Source: Balanoglossus misakiensis (Eukaryota; Animalia; Hemichordata). From it: a DNA stretch of 64,000 nucleotides. The notes beneath the pieces are model-generated. The model saw only the letters and a program-made list of their open reading frames with translations, was not told the DNA's origin and searched no databases. The position numbers were made by a program, and so were the translations under genes. This document shows, in pieces, positions 11,332-24,700 of the stretch; position 1 is the stretch's first letter, and each line of letters opens with the position of its first letter. The stretch covers positions 3,915,060 to 3,979,059 of the forward strand of contig CM082583.2 in the NCBI GenBank assembly GCA_040954595.2. Direction: 5' to 3'.

Positions 11332-14300
11332 ATGTATTCCCTGGCAAGTCTCGGCTTTATGTTGCTATATGCTGTTTATATTGCTATGTCGCAACAAGGT
11401 AAGTGTAGGGAAGACACAGGGACTAAAGCCTACCCTTAAACGATGTTATGTTATTTTACGGAATTTCTGTGGCCTTTATCCTGTGTAATATAGACGTGTG
11501 CAGTTTAGGTAGATGTCATTTAGATTGTCTGTGCTAATATAAGATATTTTTTATATTGTAGCGATAATTTGACATTTTCTTTTTTTGATGATTTTTCATA
11601 CAACATCTCAAGAAATTGCTCTTAAATTTATTGTGAATGTATACAGGCATGCATGTCTCTTAAATGCACATTACAATCATTGCACAGTTAACAATATCCG
11701 AATATTTTTTGTGGTGTTGAAATTAATTTTGAGAATGCACTTATGTGATGGCTTTCATATTGTGTTTACCGGGTCCCACTTATGTTCTTGTGACTTGCCA
11801 ATATTATTGTAACCAACATACTGTATATGTGAGCAATATTGCCAAAAATCCCTTGTCTGATTGCTTTGTGATTTGATTTTAGGGTCATCGGATTTCCTTC
11901 ATTACCATTTGCCAAAATTGTCGTGGAAATATTAATTTTGTACTTGTGGACAATTCTTCCTGATTTGTGGTCAAAAACTCAAAATGGCTTGCCGAAATTT
12001 TGTTTTAGGGTCCTGGGGTATTCGTACAGAGAGCAAACAAATCACTACGTCAATCCCATGACCATAACATAAGCGAAGCAAATATATTTGCCTCAAAACG
12101 TTTGTAATAGTCTTCTCTCGGCTGACCTAAATATAGGACCCTAACGATGCGTTAACATTACAACATTCAACGTCTCTTGAAATAATTGTACTGCTTACCA
12201 GTTGCTTTCCATCCACATTGCAAACTCTCAATATTGTGTTCCAACCTCATACGTCTGTTGTATTATATTTCTTTTTGTCAGAATGCGTAGTGAGACTCTT
12301 CCTGAGAAATGGTGAGGCGGCTCGGCTTAGTCCTCCAAACTTTACGTATGATCACGACTTTTTTGCGTGTACTTGGATTATGAAGAATGCCGATGGTGGA
12401 ATTATAAAGATCTGCTTCAATGATTTCGAGTTTGCCTCGCAAGATGACTTCCTTATAGTCGGAGACGGCGAAAAAACTAAATCCAGTCAGGTGAACACAT
12501 ATTTGTACAATGATAGCATCCCGGGCATCTTTGTATCGTCAGGAAGACAAGCTTGTATACGTTCGCCGCCGATTCGAAGAAATAAGGCACGAGGATTTCG
12601 TGTGACTGCAACTGCATTGGAAAGTGAGTATAAAGGGTTCCATTTCAATTATATCCCAATCCCAGGGGGATCGTGATCTCCCAAACCACATAATGACAGT
12701 GATGATGACGATTAGATATTAAAAAGAAAGAAAAATAAAAACATTTTGAACTCCACGCCGAATATTACCACGTCTGATGTATGTTCAGTGATGAAAACAA
12801 ACGTTTGTTCATTATGATGCTTCTCCCCTTAAATAGTAATGTTAAACCTAATTGAATCATTCTCCTCTACCCTAACCCTATAATCATGAATCGTTCTACC
12901 CCCACCCTAACCACAACCCCACCTGGCAACAACATACAACATGGTCAACAACAACAGCCACAAAAATCCCTCTGTAAATACTACTATTAATTATGCAAAT
13001 TTCAAATTAAAAATTGCCAATGATCTCCCTAATGTTACGACTACAAAGAAAACCTAAATAGGTGTCTTTTAATGAAAACAAGTCTCCTAACATATGTACC
13101 AAAGGTTTTCCTGGCTATCATTTATCTGAAAATATGTTCCCGAAGCTTAATATGATACGTGTAGAGGGTGGTATACAATGGTAATTGCAAACACACATGC
13201 TTGCGTGAGTGTTATAATAAAGTCACCCAATTACTGTTTTTAGGTCCCATTGGTATGTACCATGGGACCTTATGGGATCGGTTGCGTCTGTATGTATGTA
13301 TGGATGGATGTATGAATGGATGTATGTCTGTATGTACGTCCACATCAAAAACTTGAAAACCGCTGCGCGTATGACCTCGATATTTGGTGTGTAGATGAAG
13401 GCAGGGCTGTAGATGGGAGTTTGTTCAAATGAAGTTGTCATTGCCAAAAATATGCAAATTAGCTGGGAAAATGTGAAATTGGTCAAAACTCAAAAACTCA
13501 ACAACAACTGGTCATATTGATTTGAAAATTGGTATGCATGTACCTTATGTCAACCTCATACAGTCCTGTATGTTTTTAGCTAATATTATTGATTTCCTAT
13601 TTTTTATGCATTTTTTTGTATTTTTCCATGTTATTGGTAAAAAGTCTTCATTACTAATTCATTCCTGAAAGTGATGGGATTACTTCTTTCAAATTTAGTA
13701 TGAAGCTTCCTAATGGTTGTCTGAGTAACCATAGTTTTGTTCAAATTGTTGCAAAATTCGCATATTTATAATTTTGAGCAATATTTGCCATTTTTGGTCA
13801 AATTTTTTTCTCTTTAAAACCGCATGCCAGATTGCTTTGCAATTTGGTAGGCATGTTCGTAGGGGTAACCTAAGTAATATGTTGTAAAAAATGTGATATT
13901 TTCATAAATGTGTTATCGGGGAAACTTTTGCAATTTTTGTCAAAAATTGTTTTCTCTGAAACCGCTTGTCATATTGCATTGAACTTTGGCAGCATGTTCC
14001 TTGTAGTGATTGAAGTAAGATATTGTACAATTTTGGTGATATTTGCATATTTGTGTTTTTGCCACTTTTGAACAAATATTTTTTGTGAAACTGCTTGTTG
14101 GGTTGCTTTGACATTTGTTTTTTCTCTGATTGCTTTGAAATTTAGGATATAATTTGATAATACATACATGTATATTTGCAACTTTTAATTAATTCTGATA
14201 CCAGAAATATTCAATATTTAGCGAGTTTTTTTGTAAGTTTCTTTGTTTTTGGTTAGCAAATCTTCTCCTAAACCAATTGTCCAGTTTTTAAAGTTACTGT

Positions 14301-17300
14301 TTACAAGGAGTTGTTACCCCCAACTTAGACATGTTTACATAACTTTAATAAGCCAGCTGTTACAGAGACCACGGGCTATTAAATGTTTAATTACCAGTGG
14401 CAGGTCCGTGTGTGTGTGTCTGTCTGTCTGTCTGTTCCAGGGCTGACAGGATGAAGTTGCTTCCTATGTGTTTGTACAGACAATTTTTGGTCAATTTTTT
14501 TTCTAGCACCACTTGTAAGACTGCCATGACACATGACAGTTTATTGGGCATGTTCCTTGTTAATTTGTTTACATTCCATATTTCTGTATCGTAAGATCAT
14601 ATCTGCTTGCAATGTCACCTGTAATTTTTTTCTGGTGTGTCACTGTTTCCGCATAATCCTCAAATGGGACCACAGTGTCCTAGACGCTATTTTTTATATA
14701 AATTTATGTACAAAGAAACCTACTCAACGTTGGCTTGAAGGTTACACCTACATTAAAATCTACTGGATTGAATGGCCGAAGATTTTCTGACATAAGCATA
14801 ATGTCATGCGTACTTTTCTCACTTGTACAATATAAATATTCTTCATCAGTGACGTGCGTTAAAAGCCCAACATTCAGATATGCCCAGGGCACTATACTCG
14901 CTGCTATACTTTTGTACCGTCATTTCTGTACATTTCTACTCAAAACATTTTTCTACTTTGTCACGGAGATATTAAAGGGACAAGGTCTCTCTCTCATTAA
15001 AGGGACAAGGTCTCTCTCTCACTGCCCTTGTTCCATTAATTATGTTTGATACAATGTAGTGAATCAACATTCAACCACATACAACTTCCACCTCCCTTGT
15101 ATTATATGAGAGTAAAAACTTGCCCAAAATGAATAAATGGTCGAGACTGATTATTCATTTTGGCAAGTTTTTTCATTCTCATGTCTACAAGCGGGATGGT
15201 AGCAGTGTGTGGTTCACTATATATCTACATGTACATTAACATAAGTGGTGTCTTGTATCAAACACAATTAATGGAAAAAGGTCAGCAAGAGAGAGACTTT
15301 GTCCCTTTAATGATTATATTTGGTCTTGTTTGCATCGTATTTATCATGTAGGTGCTGCAATTCCTGTGGACGCATGTCCAACTACATCAGGTGTAAGTAT
15401 TAAAACCAAACACGTGACAGTTGAAAGGAATTCTAATCAAAATTGCAACAAGTGAGCTTTAGAACACGCTCCTCTGACGAGCGAATGCATGGGAGCGTGG
15501 TTCAAAGGAATATAGTTATTAACCACAATAAGTTACCCTACAAAGTTGAGATCAAGGCAATACATATTTGTCAATATATATCCGCGCGAAAGACGTGCGC
15601 CATGACATGGTCATTCGATGACTTAGACTTGCCCTGTCGTCATATATAAGCATATATGTAGATTTCAGGTTAACGTATTTTAAGGACTCTGGAAGTAAAA
15701 CAAAATTGGAATAAATTAGGAAATATACAGTGCACTGCAAGGGAGGGATTTTTTTACATCAGCAAAACACACGGGATATGGTCCAATACACCATCAACAG
15801 TCCATATCAAACACACTGCACTGCATTGGTTAGATTCTGCTTTGCACACAAGGCAACTGCTGTTTAAAGAGAACGTGCATGTCACTGGCAAGAAAATCAA
15901 ATTTATGTTTTAAACAGTAGGAATCCATACAGTGTCTGAATTCCCCCAAGTTCCCCCTAAAACCGGCTGTGCGCACGCTAGTCTGTAATACCGTTATAAA
16001 ATGCACATGGCACGGCCTAATATATAAATAACAACTTTGAATTGGTGCGTGAGTAACCCGATGTGAAGAAACGGGCCAGCTATCGGTACATTACTGCATG
16101 TTTTCATCATTTGAGAATGGCTTGAAATTAATGCATGTAAAAATTCACAAACTCTGAAAAATATGTGTTGTGTATCTGTTCTAAAGTCAAAATGAACTAC
16201 TTAATCCTTTATTGCGTTATTTCTGGACTCCGATAGGCGCTTGGAAAGTTTAGTCAAGCATCTGACTTGACCGGGCGACTAGAAGATGCAAATCCGCCTT
16301 TAAGGGCAACCCAAGCATTGGCTGAAGGCAAGTGATTACACATTTCTGAGAAAAAGTATAGACGTTCTAGTTTGCGATGACCAGCCGTTGGAGACTTTGC
16401 AATTAACATATATTTGAGCACCACGTGTTAGTCCTTGGTCGAAGTGATGCCAGATCAATAATTAATTTATGAATAGTATTAATGTACCGTGTGGTTGTCT
16501 ACCTCTTTCCTTACAAGCCACGGGAGGAAACGCTTTTTCAAATATATGGACTATATTTTAGAAGGGAAATTGTATACTACTCATTCTGCTTTTCATGATA
16601 AAGGTTCAATTTCAAATCTTACAGAGATCCTGACACTTCTGGATGAAGGCATCGTGTTAATTCAGTCGCCGGTCAGTAATGAAACAAGAGACGAGTTGAC
16701 CAAGTTCCTTCTAAACACAACCGATTCCCTCGCGAAGTCTGTTCTACGCGGGATGAAACCCGGCAGAGGGCAAGCTACCATTGATTCAGAATTCTTTCAA
16801 TTGCATTTGGAAAGCGATTCTGTGGTGCATCTTACAAACACCTCAATAATACTCCGAGGCGGTAATGGTGTGAAATTTCCACCGGCAGAGAAGATGTTCT
16901 CTAATTTAACCTCTGGAGCAATTGTTAACAGGATTGTAAGAGTCTTACCCTTGTTGTTCATTATTTTATTTCTTCCATTTTTTCTACTTATAATCAGACT
17001 TTGTAAACACATGCCAATGAAGTTTATAATATATTATCGCCCATAGGTTAGTGTTTTTAACAGAAGTTTGCTTCTTCAAGACGACAATGGAAGGAACACA
17101 TTTTCAAGAAAATTTGTGCTGAGCTTGTCATTCACTGACAGAGAAGGCAGAGAGTTAGAAGGTATTTATATCATCACTGTAATATATTTTAATCATTTAT
17201 ATCGAAATGAGGCCGGAATTGTAGCAATAGGCTGTTTGTTGTTACCAAATATTAAATGCTTGTCATAGAAAACAATGTTCATCCAAATACCCGATCCAAC

Positions 17301-19220
17301 ACAACGCGGTCATTTAATTGCCTTGTCATAAAGAGGAGCTTCCACCAATCAGTTTTGTGCACGAACGATTTCGTTTTCTATATGATTAACATCTGCATAA
17401 ACGTTATTTTCTATTCACTCATCCAGTGAAGGATACAAAAGAAGACATTGAAATCACGTTTGCAACTGAAGCCCCCGATTCAGAAACCGCCTCATTAATC
17501 GAAGCTGTGTACATTGAAGCCCGTGACGTCACATATTTTGGATTTAATGTCGAGGTAGGTGAATGGAATTAAAACTAGTTAAATCAAGTGTGATGAGCTA
17601 TTAATTATGTATACTGCTTTGTGCTATCGGCGAGCCAATACCAACAGATTATAACAGAGGAAAGGAAACACGCGGGGAGTGGAGTTAAACACTTGCTCAA
17701 ATAATTTATTTCCGTGTTCATATTTATCACAAAATTAATGTTCATTCTATATTCTATGTCGCAGATAACATGGTTGTTCCATCCAATTATCATTAAGTTT
17801 GAAAATTGCGAACCTCTGTACGGAAATACAACAGTGTACGTCTTCAATGAACTTACGGCTTACTCTGACAAATACGTTGGATACCAGTTCACTGTTGATA
17901 TGGAATTTGCAGGAGATTATTCCTCAGTGTTCATTCCAGAAAATTATTTCTTTAGAACTGGAGAGTATTATTTCACATTTACTTTTCCCCACAGTAAGTG
18001 TTCCTGTTTAATATTTACCTTACACCTCACTTAAGTGTTGTACACACACGTCGTTTAAAGCACATTTAATGCTGTATCGTCATGCATTATTTTGATTTGT
18101 TTGCAAGTTCAAACTTAACTAATTATATTGGAACCTATAGTATTATTTGTATCAGAACCTATTTATTTTAACTCACGTAGTAAGAAAGTCCGAACTTCTA
18201 GGCCAAAATGGGTCCACATTCTGGTATTAACAGTCGACGTGACCACCATGTCGAAAAGAACACATCTTCTTTGAGATTCATTAACTTTTTTGCATTCTTT
18301 CGATTTTGTAGAGCAAGATATCCAGTTTACATTCACTGTCATACTAACTACGTGTTATTATCTGAATATCCAGACTGACAGTTGGAAGAGTGACGGTTGC
18401 CAGGTATACACAATGGTTCCTCAAAAGATAATTTTGATTTAGCAGAATCAAATTTGTTGAAACGTAACCCTAGTTTAACCACGGATACTCCAGCATAACC
18501 TTGATTTAATGTATCGTCTGGATACGACAAAACTGAAAGAGTATAGCAGGAGAAAATTGAGAACTTGGTTAATCTTTGTCGTACTCGTCGCTCAGATTCA
18601 AATGGCAGATGAGGAATGTTCAGTTTATGTTCGAATGTATTTGTCTGGAGATTCATTGATAGGCAGGATATGTTGCAATGTCCAAGGGGTTATTATCCCG
18701 ATATTCTTTATATTTAGAAAAAACTCTTATCCCTTTCACCACCATGGTTTGGTCCAAACCCATTGATTTCTATGGTAAAGATTGATGTCTAATATTAAAA
18801 AGGGAAATGCGTGCCTTATAGTCTACTGGCTAGAAGAGCAATATAATACCGACATATACTAGAAAGTTTCTGTGAAATAGGCGCCTGTGATCATTTTGAT
18901 GATAATGAAGTCAAAATGCACAATACTGAAACACTTGCGAAATGGTTGGTAGGTAATTAAATTAGCTTTTTCCAATGATATCATTGCTCATAAATATTTA
19001 AATATTTTTGCAACAGTTTCCCATTCAAATCAGTCTGAGCTTTAATTGTTTCTCGCATAGCAGAGTGGAAGTAAAGTTCTGGCTCGGGAGACTGAACCAA
19101 TCCGTGCTTCTTTTAAATCTGCAGGTTTCACCATCATCAAACTTCACGTCCACTGTGTGCCTGTGTAACCACTTGACGACATTTGCATCCAGAAAGGCGA
19201 CAACAATGATATTACCCTAG
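11332..19220 (+). CDS. Secreted CUB + GAIN/GPS protein, copy 2 (10 exons, 503 aa)
   Basis: Exons 11332-11398, 12282-12623, 15352-15392, 16237-16327, 16625-16935, 17047-17161, 17427-17554, 17765-17993, 18312-18403, 19125-19220. Exon lengths are identical to copy 1, splice sites are intact, the frame is open and it ends CNHLTTFASRKATTMILP*. Confidence 0.85.
13238..14690 (+). mobile_element. ~1.45-kb Helentron/HINE (DINE-1-like) non-autonomous element, copy 2 only
   Basis: Absent from copies 1 and 3. It has a 5' stem-loop GGTCCCAT..ATGGGACC followed by a (TATG/GATG) microsatellite, a 3' subterminal ATGGGACC plus a small hairpin AGTGTC-TAGACGCT, and is inserted in a T-run with no clear TSD. The class assignment rests on architecture only. 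Confidence 0.65.
14976..15306. mobile_element. Family A MITE in copy 2, with tandem duplication of the left terminus
   Basis: Same site as the element at 4734. TTAAAGGGACAAGGTCTCTCTCTCA occurs twice in tandem (14972-15021). Confidence 0.85.
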
Positions 19221-20806
19221 AAAACGATTGCCAACATGCTAATCCAGGATGCACTGCGATTTCCAACATGGCGGCGAACCCACAAAGCCCTCTTCATTGA
19301 ATGCAGACTGACCATATAAACAGAATTGCTTTTTTATCATAGGAATCCGATGGATTGGCCATTAATAGGCCTCCAGAGTTAATCAACCATACTCAATTCC
19401 TCTTTACTATATTCACACAAATCTTATTATAGACAATGTCCCTACAACTTCATTCAGAACCAACCATGCCAGAGAAAAACATCATCACTCTTTCTATGGA
19501 GTCTAACGTGAGTTCTAACATGCCATAAGTAATGTCTTAAAGATAACTTGAATTCTTTGTTTACCACAGATGTAAATCTTTATGATGCAAGTAAATGTAT
19601 ACAAAAGAAAAAATGTAATTAGGTTTTTTTTTTAATTTAAATTTAAATACAGAATTATTATGTGGGTTTCCATGTATCTGGTGCTTGTGAATGTTAGATG
19701 TCGATGTCAAATTAAATCAATGTATTTACACATTTAACTCAATTATACTTTTAGTAATCTATTATTGTGAATTCTTGTATTTTAACAGTCACACATTTAG
19801 AAACATCTACCCCTTTTGTTGTTTGACGTAATTTTGTTTTGAAATCTTTGTAAGATATAATATTTGCATGCAATCCTTCTGTCAAAACCAACTTTGTCTG
19901 ATCAATATGTGTCTGAAATGATTTAAGTGGTATTGGATTATCAAACGTAGATATTTGACGACAATTGATAACGAAATTAAGATAATTATATCTTAAAATA
20001 CCCATCGAACATTTATTAAATGCTGAATCAAAAACATGTTTTGTACTGCTCAGATGAAATGAATAAAATACTACAAAAATAAATGCGAGTCTTTAATCAA
20101 TCCTTTTCTACCTTAATTAATCAGTTAAGTTTTTCAATTAATATAAAGTACAACGTGGAAGATCGTGCACGTTCACTCTATGTATTGGATGCGATGTCGA
20201 TGGACATTCTGTATGCTCTGATGTTTATCCTGTTAGGCCTTACCCTCTGGTGTTGCTGACATTAATTATTTAATCGCTATCTCTTTCAAAGTAAAAATGT
20301 CCTCCGGCTCGGTGTGTCCTTAGAACCTTTAAATATTCCATCGCTCGGGATAAGTGTGCACGTGTCTTTCCTTTTCATCTTGTAGGCCTATTCCTCAGTT
20401 GTATAATAATCATAAACTCCGTGGGGAGTGTGATTCTTTCTTAAGGAGACGCCTTCAGTTCTCTTTGTGTTCTGACAGTTTGTAAACGCTATTTCAATGC
20501 CCCTCACCCTGTCTCTAGAGTTTGAAAAGTTCAGTTTGAAATTAAGTATTTATAAAAGTTTCCACTTCATGCTACGGAGCCAAATAATATTAATATTTTA
20601 TGATTTTTGAGCAATAAAATTGACAACTCATTGTATTAAATAGCATGTTTACTGTACATTCACGACAGTTTGGTATTTAAAGTTGTACGTGTCGTTGTAT
20701 TTCGAATAACAAAATATTATCACTTTTTTCAAGTTAACTTTACAGCTGCAAAATTGCGGTACGGTATATAAACAGTGATTGATTTCATACCTTCTGAACT
20801 CGTTAA

Positions 20807-21228
20807 ACCCCGGTGCGGAAAGTACCGGGGTTCGGATTAACGTGTGTTTGTCTTGTTGTTTATTGACTGTGTAATTGAGCTCTTGGACATAGAAAATAAT
20901 TGAACACTTTACACCTCTACGCGATTGACAGCTGTTTGAATGGCGGGGTTGTTGTTTCCCAGGGACGCTTCTGAAAAGCACTGAAACCAGATTTCTGCCA
21001 AAATCATCGTTGTTTCAAAAGCTCGTGTACTTTTTCGTCGATAACTTTATTTTGTGTGTGTTTATAAAGCCAACTACTGTCGTTGTGTGGTGTAATTCTT
21101 TATGCTTGGACCTGTTTGGGCGGATTTTCATAGAGCCAAGATCGTTGGTGTTGTCTATTGTCAGTCAAACGGCATTAAGATTAATTCGCCACTGATTTGG
21201 GGGGGTCTTTTATACCCCGCACCAAGGT
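20807..21228. mobile_element. ~420-bp TTAA-flanked MITE, copy 3 only
   Basis: TTAA|ACCCCGGTGCGG...CCGCACCAAGGT|TTAA. The empty site GTTAAACGTGGGG is at 1821 and 10380. Confidence 0.8.
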
Positions 21229-21797
21229 TTAAACGTGGGGGGGGGGGGATTTCATTTTCTGCGTGCAACTTATCTGCTGTCTTTATATACTCTCATTTCT
21301 GTATCTCCCCTGCCCTTTTTTCGTCGCCATTCACATGAATTCTTTGTTTTGAAAAGTTTTAACAAAACTTAATTCACTTAATAACGAAACGTCTGACATC
21401 ACTTTTCTGGTCTTTTTTTGAAGTCCGTATATACATGTACATTGTATCTTTTTTGTGTGTGTTTTGTGAATTGGCTGTACTGTGCTCTTTTGTAACTGTT
21501 CGTCCTTGCAACTGACAATACAAACACCGTTTATTTGACCTAAACGTAAGCTAAAGAATATGAATGGGTATGATCTAAATTATTTAGTACATTATTTCTA
21601 TACATGTACATGTCTTTCATCAGACATTGGGGAATATTTGGGAATATGTACTTTCATGCATGTCATATTTCAATTCAACTGAACATCTGCTATTCACAAG
21701 TGTCCTTGTTCTTGTCTCTGTGGCAACACTGGTATCGATAAAAGTGTAAGTTTCTAACTCTCTAGATCACAACGAGACTTGATCGGAAACATTGAAT

Positions 21798-24700
21798 ATG
21801 TATTCCCTGGCAAGTCTCGGCTTTATGTTGATATATGCTGTTTATATTGCTATGTCGCAACAAGGTAAGTGTAGAGATGACACAGGGACTAAAGTCTACC
21901 CTCAACGATGTTATTTGTGGTGTTAAAATTAATTTGAGAATGTACTTATGTGATGGCTTTCATATTGTGTTTACCGGGTCCCAGTTATGTTCTTGTGACT
22001 TGCTAATATTATTGTAACCAACTTACTGTATATGGGAGCAATATTGCGCAAACATTTCCAGAAATCCCTTGTCTGATTGCATTGTGATTTGATTTTAGGG
22101 TCATCGGATATCCTTCATTACCATTTGCCAAAATAGTCGTGGAAATATTAATTTTGTACTTGCGGCCAATTCTTCCTGATTTGTGGTCAAAACTCGAAAT
22201 GGCTTGCCGAAATTTTGTTTAAGGTCCTGGCGTATTGCACTGTTTACCAGTTGCTTTCCATTTACATTGCAAACTCTCAAAATTGTGTTCCAACCTCAAA
22301 ATTCTGTTGTATTATATTTATTTTGTCAGAATGCGAAAAAAGACACTCCCTGAGAAATGGTGAGGCAGTTCGACTTAGTCCTCCAAACTACCCGTATGAT
22401 TACGACAACAATCTTGAGTGTACTTGGATCATGAACAACACCGATGGCGGAATTATAAAGATCTGCTTCAGGGATTTCGACTTGGCCTCGCAAGATGACT
22501 TCATTACAGTCGGAGGCGGCGAAAAAACAAGTCCCAGTCAAGTAAAAACATATTTGTACGATGATAGTATCCCCGGCATCTATATATCGTCAAGAAATCA
22601 AGCTTGGATATACTTGTCGACAAGTCGAAATACTGCACGAGGATTTCGTGTGACTGCAACTGCATTGCAAAGTGAGTACCAAATTTTCCATTTCAATTAT
22701 CTCCCAATCCCAGAGGGATCTCGATCTCCCAACCAAAATAACAACAGGATTATGATGACGATTAGATATTACAAAGAAAGAAAAATAAAAACATTTCGAA
22801 CCCTACTTCCGATGTTTGCTACATTTTGTAGGTGTATGTTCGGTGATGAAAAAAAAAGTTTGTTCATTATGATGCGTCGCCCCTTTAATAGTAATGTTAA
22901 ACCTAATTGAATCATTCTCCCCTACCCTAACCCTATAATCATGAATCGTTCTACCCCCACCCTAACCCTATAATCATGAATCGTTTTACCCCACCCTAAC
23001 CCTATAATCATGAATCGTTCTACCCCCACCCTAACCCTATAATCATCAATCGTTCTACCCCCACCCTAACCCTATAATCATGAATCGTTCTACCCCACCC
23101 TAACCCTATAATCATGAATCGTTCTACCCCCACCCTGACCACAACCCCACCTGAGAACAACATACAACATGGTCAACAACAACAGCCACAAAAATCCCTA
23201 TGTAAATACTATGACAGCACTTCATGACCTCTGCGCGCGATCTGTGCAATATGGATGTTATTTTCATGAGTGATAAGGTGTATTGTTCCGAGTATACGGA
23301 TCGCGCGCAGAGGACATGAAGTTCTGTTATTATTGCATATGTTTCCCTAGATTTGACGAAAATCAAAGTTTCGATCGTGGCGTATTGATTTTCACTACAG
23401 TGATGCGCCAAAGGCTTTGCAACCCAGAGAAGGCCGCTCATTGGCCAAAATGAAGCAACCTTTGTTATGCAAAGAAGGGTCATGTGGGGTCATTCCATCA
23501 GTGGGTTACCTGAGGTCGTGAGATCGCAGCGATACATTTTGAAACACTGGCGATAGCGAGAGATTTTCGTAATTTTCGAGGTTCCAAAACACACTGACAA
23601 CTAAATGTTCTGTTATTCTGACGATAGGTGGAAAGGATAAGAAAACAACGTGCCAGAATGTTGAAAAATCCGCATGTTTCGGCGATCATGTTGGCTCATT
23701 TCATCAGTGGTTTAGCTCAGGTCGCAAGATAGCATCGGCAATATTTGAGAAACTGGCGATAGCGAGGGATTTTCCGAGGTTCCCAAACATACTGCCAATG
23801 AATGTTTTGTTATTCTGACAAAATTTGGGAAGGATAAGACAATGACGTCTCCGAATGTTGAAAATTCCCCACGTTTCGGCGATCATACTCCAGCTCTGCC
23901 GACGGCGTTCAATGTTTACAAACAAAACGTAGTTCGGCTTGTTTTTACTCATTTGCATATGGGTTGTGAAAAATACCACTTTGTCACGCGCACAACTAAA
24001 ACAACATTCGACATTTTTGCGACTGAAATAAAACTTTTGTTATATCCTCCGGAGGTTTATATGAACTCCAAGTGATTGTGTAACAGAACGAGGGTTAAAC
24101 TTTGACAGATATACGATCGATTGAAGGGGAAATGGGGGATCTTATTCTTCTGGATGCTAATTTGCATATCAGCTTGCAAAAAAAAAAAAAACAGTATTAT
24201 TATTGCACGGGCAGCTTGGAATACTGTAGTACATATGCAATACTACTATTAATTATGCAAATTTCAAATTAAAAATTGTCAATGATCTCCATAATGTCAC
24301 GTCTACAAAGACAACCTAAATAGGTGTATTTTGATGAAAACAAGTCTCCTCACATATGTAGCAAATGTTTTCCTGGCTATCATTTATCTGTTCCCGAGGC
24401 TTAATATGATACGTGTAGAGGGTGGTATACAAGGGTAATTGCAAACATACATGCTTGCATGAGTGTTATAATAAAGTCACCCAATGATTGTTTGTTTTTT
24501 ATAAATATATGTACAAAAAACTACTCAACGTTGGCATGAATGTTAACTCTACTGGATTGAATGACCAAAGATTTTCTGACATACATGTAAGTGTACGTTT
24601 GCGTACTTTTCTCACTTGTACAATATAAATATTCTTCATCAGTGACGTGCGTTAAAAGCCCAACATTCAGATATGCCCAGGGCACTATACTCGCTGCTAT

